DNA from: Octopus sinensis
Taxonomy: Eukaryota
Reading direction: 5' to 3'
Length of the DNA stretch: 64,000 nt
NCBI RefSeq assembly: GCF_006345805.1
Contig: NC_043000.1
Coordinates: 43,958,001-44,022,000 of the forward strand
Shown here: piece after piece, positions 38,714-49,957 of the stretch
How positions within the stretch are numbered: the first letter of the stretch is position 1
Layout of the letters: each line of letters opens with the position of its first letter
The notes under the pieces: model-generated
What the model saw: only the letters and a program-made list of their open reading frames with translations
Told to the model about the DNA's origin: nothing
The model's database searches: none
Translations under genes and position numbers: made by a program

Positions 38714-40549
38714 TTTAAGATAGAAAGGCATGCATAAAATATGAACTAACATGTCATTCAATAATATATACAAACTATTGTTTTTCTGGCTTCAGAACTT
38801 CAATTCTGTTTGTTCAGTAAACAGTGAAGATAAAATTTTATCGACTGCTACAATTCCTAGTTTCTGTTTCGTAAAATCTAGCACTCATTCTTTAGTTACA
38901 TCTCTTAGCTTTCTAGATTCAAGTTTCTCTTAACTCTTGTTTTCTTACGTTATATACTGATATAATTCTATATATATATTAAAAACCCTTTTCCAGTGAT
39001 ACGCATATTCACATTTATTATTTGTAACACTAACAAAAAGAATGAAATTAAAGAATTGTGAATAGCCTAAACGGATTACATTCTATGTTATCATCTTAAG
39101 CTTTCTTCAAATATTCCTCTCAAAACATGGAGGAGTATATGTTGGAGAGCAGATTATGTAGTTATAAAGAGATCAGCACTTTAAGTAAATACCGTGCATA
39201 TGTAGTGTATCGTTAAGAATCAGTGGGCTGGAAGTAGTAAGAGCGCAAAAATATTCATTAAGTATGCGCTCAAGCTAGTTGTCTGCAGGTGTGCTTATAT
39301 ATATGTATGTATGTATTTATGTATGCATGTATGCGTGCGTGTGCGTGTTTGTGTGCTTTTGTAGCAAGTTGTGTACAATGTGAAATTGTTTCTGTAAAAC
39401 AAAAACCGATGGCTATGACAGGACACATTTAAGTTAAACATCCACGTTATATCTTTCTTATTGTATCGACAGGATAGACAAAAATATGTATCGTAGAACA
39501 TATATCCCAATACAAATTTTCCATGAAAGAGTTTGTAGACCGTTTGAATTCACAGAGAAATCTACTGACATTTATCACAAATGCTTTGATATTCATCACA
39601 AATTCTCTACATATAATTTCTAGTTGATTTTCCGTAAAACCATCATTGTAATTCCAAAGAAGAAATAACAGAAATAGATCAATGATATGATACTTCAAGA
39701 AGACCAAAACGATAATTCTCTTTTCATTATTCGTACTATATATATCTGTTCTTTCATGTATTTAGTATAAAAATTAAACTTATTCATATTTATAATCGGA
39801 CTTGAATTTCTTACTTCCCTATGTTATACGCTTCGGATTACACATATATATCTTCAGCAGAGCGTATATCGGTTAAGATGAGATAACTTTTCATTGATTT
39901 GTCAATCACAAACTGTTTATCAAGTCAGTATTTCATATACATATGTGTATATATGTATGTTTGTATATATTCGTATATTTATGTATAAAAGAATGTACCT
40001 ATGTGTACATAGATATTTGGATATTTGTATGTGCATGAATTAATGTATATACATGAATATCAATTCATATTCATTGTACATATGCATAAATATATGCATA
40101 CATGCACACACGATGGCGTATAGACGCAGGCGCACGTATGTACACTCACACAGACACACATATGTACACACACACGGACACACAAACAGACACAGGCGCA
40201 TACACAGATTCACACATGTACACATATACGCGCCAATATTATTTTACACAAATATATTCTCTTTATCATCTACTACTTAACAAAAATCCTCTCAAATATT
40301 TATTTTCTGATTATATATGAGTCAACTATAATCTCCCTTTAGAATTATATGGTTTGATGCTGCATGGAATTATTAATCAAAGTAGTAGGAATTCTCCGTT
40401 TCCATATTTCTTTCTCCGAATCTGTCAATCCTGCTAACTTGATGTTCGTTATCTCTCTGAATATTATCTTCTCCGTTGCACTTTCTGTCTTTCACTTTCT
40501 TTCTCACTCTCTCATCTCACTCAGCGAATCGCAGAAGTTTATGTAGCTA

Positions 40550-40579
40550 TTATTATTGTTATTATTATTATCATTGTTG

Positions 40580-40655
<76 letters not shown>

Positions 40656-40690
40656 TATTATTATTATTATTATTATTATCATTATTATTT
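40550..40690. repeat. (ATT)n microsatellite
   Basis: Direct reading; source of the poly-Y/I/L ORFs. Confidence 0.97.
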
Positions 40691-41498
40691 GAGCAGCTTG
40701 CAGAACTACCACGGCGCAGAGGTAGTTCTGGGCGAGAACACTTTGATCAGCTTTATGCAATGATAAATCTCTGTTGACTGTAATATTTAAGCTGTATTTG
40801 TGATTTGTGATTAATACATTTTTTGCCGTGTTTATTAAATGTTTCTGAGTTCTGCATTTACTTTATCTACCTTGCTTTTGTATCTACCTTGCTTTTACTC
40901 CCCGCCCCGCTCATCACCGAAACACTCTCAAGGACCGATGGGCAATCAGCACGACCGCTAGCCCCATCTTGTTTCCTCTTTTAGAACAGGACCTATTTAC
41001 TAGAATCTGCATTTCAGAGATTTTTCCCTTAGTTTTTCTGAGGTAGGTAGAGCCTAAATCTAATAGTCATCAGATTAATCTATTATGGATTTCACCAGCT
41101 GGATCAGTCAATGTGTCTCTCTCACGGTGCACATATTTATGCTTATAATTTGCATATATATATGTACGTGTGTATGTGTATATGTATGTATGCATGTTTA
41201 TATATATATATATATCTCAATGCGTTTGTCAATTTGTTTTGCAACATTCCTGATGCGAAATCGTGTATTGAAACAGATATTGTTGTATTTCGAGACGGTC
41301 ATTTTTTGTCAAATAAACACACGTACCGTATAATTTTTCTTCACTCGTTTATTACTGTTCCTATTTTATTTTAATTCACGTACATTGTGCGGAAAGCTTT
41401 CGTCACACATCTGTGACCACTTCAGCGACAATTTTGTTTTCGTGGGTGTTCCTGCTCCACTTACTCCATTCTGGTATTCTAAGATGTGTATATTGTCA

Positions 41499-41699
41499 TA
41501 TGCGCAAGCTTTTGTGTGTGTGTGTGTGTGTCTGTGTGTGTGTGTGTGTGTGTGTCTGCGTGTGTGTTTGTGTGTTTGTGGCTGTTAGTGTCATAGTTTT
41601 TAGCAGCAGTGTGGCCTTCCCCTCAGCCCCACCACCTCAGTCCCTTGTGCAACTACAGTCCAAAGACCCGCCCCAAAACATTATGGTATAATTCCTATA

Positions 41700-41737
<38 letters not shown>

Positions 41738-41856
41738 AGGAATTATAAAATTATAAATTGCTGCTAAAATCTATGACACACTAACAGCCACAAACACACA
41801 AACACACACGCAGACACACAGACACACACACACACACACACAAAACCATGCGCACA
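41499..41856. repeat. Fold-back inverted duplication centred on (TA)n
   Basis: 41499-41608 vs 41759-41856 inverted; inner 14-bp arms TATAATTCCTATAC (41687-41700) and GTATAGGAATTATA (41734-41747). Confidence 0.85.
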
Positions 41857-42057
41857 TTTGAAAACCCCACTGGATTGATTTGAAAACCCCACTGGATTGG
41901 GAGAAAGCGCTAATCTGAATGATATGATCTGAATGATATGATATATATGTAAAAATGTAATATATAAATAAATATCTATAAATATGAACCATCCGATCTG
42001 ATTACCTCATTTTTCTAATATATAATACCTGTACATCATCTCTAAACCTTCCAATTT

Positions 42058-42088
<31 letters not shown>

Positions 42089-42447
42089 CATATATATATA
42101 CACATATATATATATATATATATATAGGATTAACTGTTGAAGTGGACGGACGTCTATTTGTTTCTCTCCCAAATCAGTAGCAAGCTACACAGCTTCGAAA
42201 CTAACTGACTTAAATATATATATATTTGTAACCACGTGTTTGCCTATAAACCCGTAAGTGCGTTTTCATTTAACTACAAATTGTTATATACACCTGTTTT
42301 TTCTTTTAATATCCTCAAACAACAAATAATCAAAAACTCACACCCTTAAGAGAGAACATTTATATATATATACACTTCTTTAACTCCCAAGAAAGAATAT
42401 ATGTATTTTCAAAAATCAAAAGGAAAACAAACAAAAGAAAAACAAAC

Positions 42448-43681
42448 ATGACTAACTTGCAGGCCTGCAACAGACGAAATTGGTCTGATAACGAAATTGA
42501 TGTTTTAATAAACACATGGTTCTCTCTTTCCCAAACAGAAAATCTAAATGTCTTGTGTTTGAATGAGATTGCCGAAAAAACATCACAAGTGGTCAACACA
42601 CGATCCGTCAAACAGATCCGTAGCAAGCTGAAACATATCGAAGTATCTTTCAAACTGATAAAAGGCCATTATGAAAAGCTTCTTCATATTTTCACAGTTC
42701 AAGAACAACAACAGCTAGAAAATCAGCAGCCACAACAACAACAACAACAGAATGAGCCATTCCTGGTTCCCAGCACAATGGCTGACCCTAACATCGGTCA
42801 AGCACAACAACAACAACAACAGCCACAGCAACAAGAACAACAACAGCCACTCCTCAACTCTAGCTTACTAGATGATTCACTAAATGCCAGTATCTTTCCA
42901 CCGCTCTCACAGCAACCACCACAATTATCATCATCATCATCACCACCGCTGCCACCATCGTCTTCTATCACCAAAAATACCAACAGAAAACCAAATAAGA
43001 AACCACTGCCCTCTTCCCCCACATCACCACCTCAATACTACTGCAGTAACAAAAACTTAAAGAAACATAGGAAGCAGAATGCACCCCCCCCCCCCACGGC
43101 ACAAACAAGAAATCCCCAAATATGCCGCTATTCACTGCGCCAGAGACTCTGCACAAATAGTGACTGCATCTTCACGCATCTACCCGGCACTAGACGCACT
43201 ACGGCCAAGGCCAAAGCACGCATCCACAATAACATCAACACCACCAAATAGTAAATCGAAATTCAAAACACACACAACTCGGAGTCCCAAAATCTGCCGG
43301 TATTCCCAACGTGAGAGAACATGTCTACTGAGTGACTGTCCCTTCACCCATCTTCCAGGGACCCGACGCACAAACAGAAACGGGGCTTCAAGCCAACACA
43401 CAGACCTGAATAACAATAAAAATAGAAACACACCATGCTGCAGTAATGCTGGTCCAGTCTTTTCAGGAAGACACAAAAACAACAACAACAAAAGTGGAAA
43501 CTACCACCCTATCCAACAGTGCAACCACACCTCCAGCCAAAAACTGCTCCCTAAGCAGGAAAATTCTTTTTTAGCCATGTTGAACATGGCAAAAGAGATA
43601 CACAAAAACATTCTAGCCATCACTCAACACCCTCCTATGCTATTACCCCAGTGCACCAATTCCCCACATTGCTGCCACTAA
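42448..43681 (+). pseudogene. LINE ORF1: Myb/SANT-like N-terminus, Q/P-rich linker, two CCCH zinc fingers; frameshift near 43200-43250
   Basis: RRNWSDNEIDVLINTW...EIAEK...RSVKQIRSKLK; CRYSLRQRLCTNSDCIFTH (43123-43179) and CRYSQRERTCLLSDCPFTH (43295-43351), both C-x8-C-x4-C-x3-H. Confidence 0.8.
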
Positions 43682-43732
43682 CACATACAAAAAATCCAAG
43701 CCCCTTGCAACAGTCAAAACCAGCCACTACAC

Positions 43733-46640
43733 TAACCTCCACATTCCTACTCAATGCACAAGGTGTCAGCCCTTCCATCAATGCACAACAAAATGGAAGG
43801 TCCAATACATTGAAGACTGGGTTGGTAACCATTCACACCACATCCCTTTCTTCATTCTCACTGAGACCCACCTTGACAACTCCCACTTGGAAGCCGAAGT
43901 GAGAGTGAAGAATTTCACAACCATCCGCGCGGATCGTATCGGCAGGAGGAAGGGTGGAACTGCCATTTTCCTGCATGATTCATTTACGGCAGATGGAAAT
44001 AGTATATTCTCCAACGGCTACTGTGAATCAGTCACCGTGCACAACAAAGCCAATGACCTGACAGTAATTGGGCTCTATAGGCCGCCCCAAACACCCATAC
44101 TGTGCTTTAAAGAATGCCTCAACAGCATTAAGTGCTTTATTCAACAGTGCCATTCTAGCAACATACTCATGATGAGAGACTTCAATCTACCCTGTGTTGA
44201 CTGGACTACAAACTGTTTGAAACCAAGCACTCCCGCCTCAACCGCTGACAAAGAAGCAGCAGAGTCACTTTTCGACTTTACGAATGAGTTTTTCTTGTCC
44301 CAACTTGTCCTTGCACCAACAAGACATCAGAACATTTTGGACCTAGTGTTTAGTAACCACACTAACACTATACATAACGTTACAGTGTTCTCTGTAACAT
44401 GAAATTCCACCAGCCGAAAGCTAATCCTAGTGACCTTCCTCCAGCCCACCCATTTGACAACATGGATCTCCATAAAGCCAACTGGGATGCAATCAGGAAC
44501 GAGCTATCAAATGTTGACTGGTCCTTTACACATACACACATCTCCACCAACCATAAAACATCTTGGCAGATCTTTGTAGACACCGTCACAGACATATGTG
44601 CAAAACACTCCCCACCAAGACCTGTGAACAAAAAGTGCAGAATCCCCCAAAACAGAAAAACCATTATCAGAAAAATAAAAAGAACAAACAAAAAAATTAA
44701 CATAAAGTACTGCCAACAGCAACACACACATTCGACGGCTATCGCACTGCTCGAATCCAAAAAATATAACCTCCAACAATGCATGAAGACCCTCATCAAT
44801 AACCAAAGATCAGCTGAGGAGAAGTGGGCCATTGAAAAAATCAATCAACTCAACCCCAAGTGTTCTTTTCATTTGCGAGGAAACGCAGGGTCACTGTCTC
44901 CACTGTAGGCCCTCTATTTGACGAAACTGGCACTCTCCAAGATAATGCCAAATCCATGGCCGAGATACTGCAGAAACAGTACTGCTCTGTTTTCAGCAAT
45001 CCTGATATGGCCGATCTGGGCTGTATCAGTGATGTCAACCCCCAACACACTATATCGGACATAACGTTTAGTGCCCCTGATGTCTTAGCGGCGATAAACG
45101 AAATAAAACACAATTCAGCAGTAGGCCCCGATAGTTCCCTGCTTGTGTCCTGAAGGTGTGTCGACACCAACTTGCATCTCCCCTTGCTAATCTGTGGAGA
45201 AACTCACTGGATGCTGGCTATATTCCAAAAAAACCTTCTGTCCCAGTCTGTTGTCCCAGTTTTCACAAAGGGAAACAAGTCCCTTGCAGTGAATACCGTC
45301 CGATCTCACTCACCTCTCATATCATCAAGGTATTTGAGAGGGTGGTGAGATCTCGAATAACCCAATTTCTGGAAAGCAACAGACGGCTGATCTCCAACCA
45401 ACATGGGTTCCGTAATGGAAGGGACTGCCTAACGCAGCTCCTGCATCACTTTGCGGACATTTTGAGAGCTTTGGGAGAGGGCTCCAACACCGATGTCATC
45501 TACCTTGATTTCAGTAAGGCATTCGACAGGGTCGATCACAGGATCCTATTGAAAAAAGTATCCAACATTGGTGTCTCTGGAAAGTTACTGAAATAGATCA
45601 AGTGTTTCCTGACAGACAGATCTCACATGTTGTAGTTGAAGGGGTAAAATCAAGCCCAGCCAAAGTCAGTAGTGGCGTTCCGCAAGGCACTGTGCTGGGC
45701 CACTTCTTTTCATCATTTACATTAATGACATTAATGACATCATCAAGCACAGCAACATAAAATATTTGCAGATGACTCCAAGCTACAGAAGGTCATAAAT
45801 GAGGCGAGTGACCGGACATGCCTTCAGTCAGATCTACTGGCTGTTATCCAATGGGCAGAAAAAAACAATATGCTGCTGAACGAGGATAAATTTGAGCTAA
45901 TCCACTTTGGAAAAGAGGATGCCCTGAAACTCCCATACTCCTTCCTTCAGGTGAAACTCTCGCGGCGTCCAACAACATCAGAGACTTGGGAGTAATTGTT
46001 GACAACAACATAAGCTGGCCACTCATATAAACACCAAAGTTGACATGGCCCGCAGAATGTGTTCCTGGATTCTCAGAACTTTCCAGTCGAGAGATATCCA
46101 CACCATTATCCTTCTCTTCTCACTTTTGCCCGACCCCACCTTGAATACTGTTGTCCACTGTGGTCTCCCACCCCACAATACAAGGTATCATAAAAGTTGT
46201 AGCACCTCAAAGGGCAATCACAAAAAATATAGATGGCATGACAGGCCTCGACTATTGGGGTCGACTAGAAAAGCTAAAACTCTATTCTCTCCAACGTCGT
46301 CGTGAGCGCTACATCATCTGCATGATGTGGAAAATATTCCATCAGCATTGCCCAAATGATGTTGGCATCACCTTTAAGGTACATCCAAGGCTTGGGCCCC
46401 GTGCCATCCGCCCAAAACAAAAATCGCACTCTCATCTCATAACAACAATACGGCACAATTATTTCACCTCATTGGCCCCGCTCTCTTTAACATTACACCA
46501 AAACACATTAAAACAGAAAGTGACCCTATAGGGTTCAAGAAGTCTTTGGACAGATTCCTTCAAGAAATCCCGGATAACCCCCTACACCCCTCACGGATAT
46601 GTCTCTGTAAACAATAACTCTCTACTTGAGTGGGCCATAG
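43733..46640 (+). pseudogene. LINE ORF2: apurinic endonuclease plus reverse transcriptase, multiple frameshifts
   Basis: LLNAQG, ILTETHL, RADR..RKGG, DFNLP, PTRHQNILDLVF; YRPISLTS, QHGFR, YLDFSKAFDRV, SGVPQG, FADD (~45765), LYSLQRRRERY. Confidence 0.95.
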
Positions 46641-46747
46641 TGCCCAATTCTGACTTGAAAGACTTCACCAGGTGGTGCTATTAAGTTAGACATGGCCTGG
46701 GCCAATAATGGCCGAAACCTATCAAAGTATCAAAGTAGCAAAGTAAA

Positions 46748-46831
<84 letters not shown>

Positions 46832-47056
46832 TATACATATATATATTATAATATATATATATATATTAATATATATACAATATATATACATATATATATA
46901 TATACATATATATATACATATATATATGTATAATATACATATATATATATATATATATATACATATATACATATATAATAATATATATATATTACATATA
47001 TATACAATATTATACCTATATATATATATATATATAGATATATATAAATATTATAC

Positions 47057-47091
<35 letters not shown>

Positions 47092-47168
47092 CATATTATT
47101 ATATATATATATATCCATACATATATATATATATTATATATATGCATATATATATATATATATATAAT

Positions 47169-47235
<67 letters not shown>

Positions 47236-47250
47236 TATATCTATTATATA
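46748..47250. repeat. ~500-bp imperfect (TA)n microsatellite
   Basis: Direct reading. Confidence 0.97.
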
Positions 47251-47252
47251 TA

Positions 47253-47397
47253 TGATTGATTGATTCTAGTTTCAGCTCATGAGTTGTGGCATGCTGGGGC
47301 ACCGCCATGCTGGGGCACCGCCACTGGGATCATTGTAATTCCTTTGTCCTTGTTTGTCCCCTCTATGTTTAGCCCGTTGTAAAGCAGTAAAGAAATA
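47253..47397. mobile_element. Back-to-back 3' fragments of SINE C (minus) and SINE A (plus)
   Basis: CATGCTGGGGCACCGC duplicated at 47290-47321; 47322-47397 matches the tail of 630-859. Confidence 0.7.
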
Positions 47398-47899
47398 TAT
47401 ATATGTTCCTCTGTGTATGTGTGTAGTTGTTGTTATTGCCAGCGTTTTCACGGGCGCTGTTGTTGTCCTTGTTCATTATGTTGACAGTTTATAACCATAC
47501 ATGAAATTTCTTGCGCGTGAGTTCGTGTGTGAACTCTTCATATGTTGTATGTATCCATGCCCTTTATATAGTTTCATTTATGTATTGTACCTGTCTCTAT
47601 ATCTTATATTTATCACAAGTATGTGACAACTATATTTATATATTTATTTACATATGTGTTTGTATACTTTATTATTTTTTAAACATCTCTCTCTATTTGT
47701 CATATATCTCACAGGTAAGTGCATACATGTCTAATGTGTGTGTACTACACTGTCTGTTTTAGTTCATTATTTACGATTTTTCCCACTCATTCTCATCCAT
47801 TCTCTTTTTAGTTATGTGGTTTGGAGTTGTGTGTTACTGTTCCATCTGCATTCATTTTATTAAGGTATGTATACTGTTATGTGTGTAGCCTCAGTGATC

Positions 47900-48935
47900 T
47901 GTCTAAGTGTCGTGTCAGTTTTATGAGTCGATAGTAATTAAAACCTATTCTATTAATTGAGTCTCCATATTCTGCCTGAGAATGTTGCTAGGGAACTGAC
48001 GAGCTTTTCCCTTCTTTGAGTTTTCGCCAATGTACACCTGTACGCTCTCTTATGCTGCGTGCAGTCTCTCCAGTGTAGGTAGCTATCATGTTTCTGTACC
48101 GTCCTTCAGTAAATGGTAAGCTGTACACAACATGTCGAACCTTACAGTTAATTTGTGGTTTCATCCTACATAAAACACAGTTGGACTCCGTACAGGAATA
48201 CTTAGAGAAGGGACAGGTATTGCAAATCAGGGATTTTAATGGGACACCAGACCTCTCTACTACTTTAATTCGCAGATTAGCCTTACTTAATGTTTTCGAA
48301 AAAGATGTACTTGTTCGCCTCCATACGTAGCATCAACGAACATGACACTGCCACTTTGTGTATCATACCAAGTGTTGGCGTTATTTATCTTATTATTGGT
48401 CCTTTCTGAGCTGTTCCAGGATTTACTCTTGTACAACGGGCAGATCCCTTTAGCATCACACTTTATTATGGCTTTGTACTTAGTTGTGGCTCCTTTGTTC
48501 ACTCTAATTATGTCCCTTTGGTTGTAACCATAAAACTGCAGGCAGTGGATGAAGTGTAGTATGTGTCTTTCCAATTTAATAGGGTCGTACATACGAGACA
48601 CATCTTTCATCCATCTCACCAAGTCAGCTATAGCAATGTTAAATTTGGCATTGTCCTCAATTGGTGCGTTCTTGTGAATAAGGTATTCAGAGGTTTTGGG
48701 TTTGGCGTAATGTGAGTGAAGGATCTTGACAGAACCGTTCTTCGTTTCTAACCAGAATTCAGTGTCTAAAACGGGTAATCTATAGTTAAGGTGCTTATTA
48801 AGTTAGTCTATCGTTATTTCTATGCACTGGGTGGATGGTGTGTCAGCTTCTTGATTATCAACATTATCTTGTTGGGGTGCTTTGGCTACTATGTTGATAC
48901 CATCCACGTAGTTTAGGTTTATGAAGTTCTCTTTA
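47900..48935 (-). mobile_element. Penelope-like element fragment: RT C-half, thumb and GIY-YIG endonuclease
   Basis: YVD(D)INIVA with a 1-nt deletion at ~48900; RLPVLDTEFW, HYAKPKTSEYLIH, SVMFVDATYGGE, RIKVVERSG, CTESNCVLC, VVYS...YTGETARSIRER. Confidence 0.88.
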
Positions 48936-48998
48936 AGGCTCGTATAAATAAATATATATATATATATTATATATATATATATAATATATATATATATA

Positions 48999-49310
48999 CA
49001 GGGTGTGAGGTAGTTGAGGACTCATTTTTTGGGGTCATTGCTGCATCTTTTGGTAACTTTGTATAATCTTTGTTTCAGAAACTTATAATGGCAGACCCTC
49101 AGCTTACCCTAGAAATGAAGAAACATGCTGTTATTGTGGTTATGAAGGGTGAGAATAGCGATTTAGAAATATCTCGATTTCTAAAAGTTATCAGATCTTT
49201 CATCTACAACTTTTGTAAGGAGTTAGAGACTGAAGATTCAAAAGTATCACCAGTATCAAAGCATAAAAATGCATTCTAAACGCTCTGAAATCATCAGAAC
49301 ACTCGGATAT
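48999..49310 (+). mobile_element. Tc1/mariner-superfamily left end and transposase N-terminus
   Basis: TA|CAGGGTG terminus; LTLEMKKHAVIVVMKGENSDLEISRFLKVIRSFIYNFCKEL (HTH-like). Confidence 0.7.
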
Positions 49311-49557
49311 ACATATTGTTTCATAAGGATAAAATATGTATATGCGAATTTTTTATCTGCTATTTCCTTCATCAAGTTGTCTGTAAAAATAATAATTATT
49401 GTTGTATACTTCTTGCACTGAGCAGAACAGTGATATATAATTAACTAAATTTAATCAAATTAATTTTAATTATTCTACCATGTTATTTACATGTAAATAT
49501 CACTGTTTGAAACAATCTTATGCGTGTATTAAAATACTTTCAAATTTTAACGTCTTC

Positions 49558-49957
49558 TATTTTACTCTTTTACCTGTTTCATTCATTTGACTGCGACCAT
49601 GCTAGAGCACCACCTACAGTGGAGGAAATCTACCCCAGGACTTAATCTTTGTTAGCCAAGTACTAATACTATCGGTCTCTGTTGCCGAACCGCTAATTTA
49701 TGGGGACGTAAACACACCAGCATCGATTGTCAAACGATGTTGGGGGCTGGGACAAACTCAGACATACAAACACACACATATATATACACATATGACGAGC
49801 GTCTTTCAGTTTCTGTCTACCAAATCCAGTCTCAAGGCTTTAGTCGGCCGGAGACTATAGTAGAATACACTTGCCTAAAGTGCCACGCTGTGATGCTGAA
49901 ATCGATGAACCATGTGGTTCGTAAGCAACCTACTTACCGCACAGCCACTCCAGCGCC
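49558..49957 (-). mobile_element. SINE family C, full length
   Basis: Collinear with 34655-35064. Confidence 0.9.

Larger units (their letters stand above)
42127..46750 (+). mobile_element. Near-full-length CR1-type LINE (5' UTR, ORF1, APE-RT ORF2, tandem-repeat tail), inactive
   Basis: Flanked by (TA)n on both sides; ends in ATCAAAGT-type repeats; domains given in the next two features; the 5' boundary is inferred from the end of the TA tract. Confidence 0.92.
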
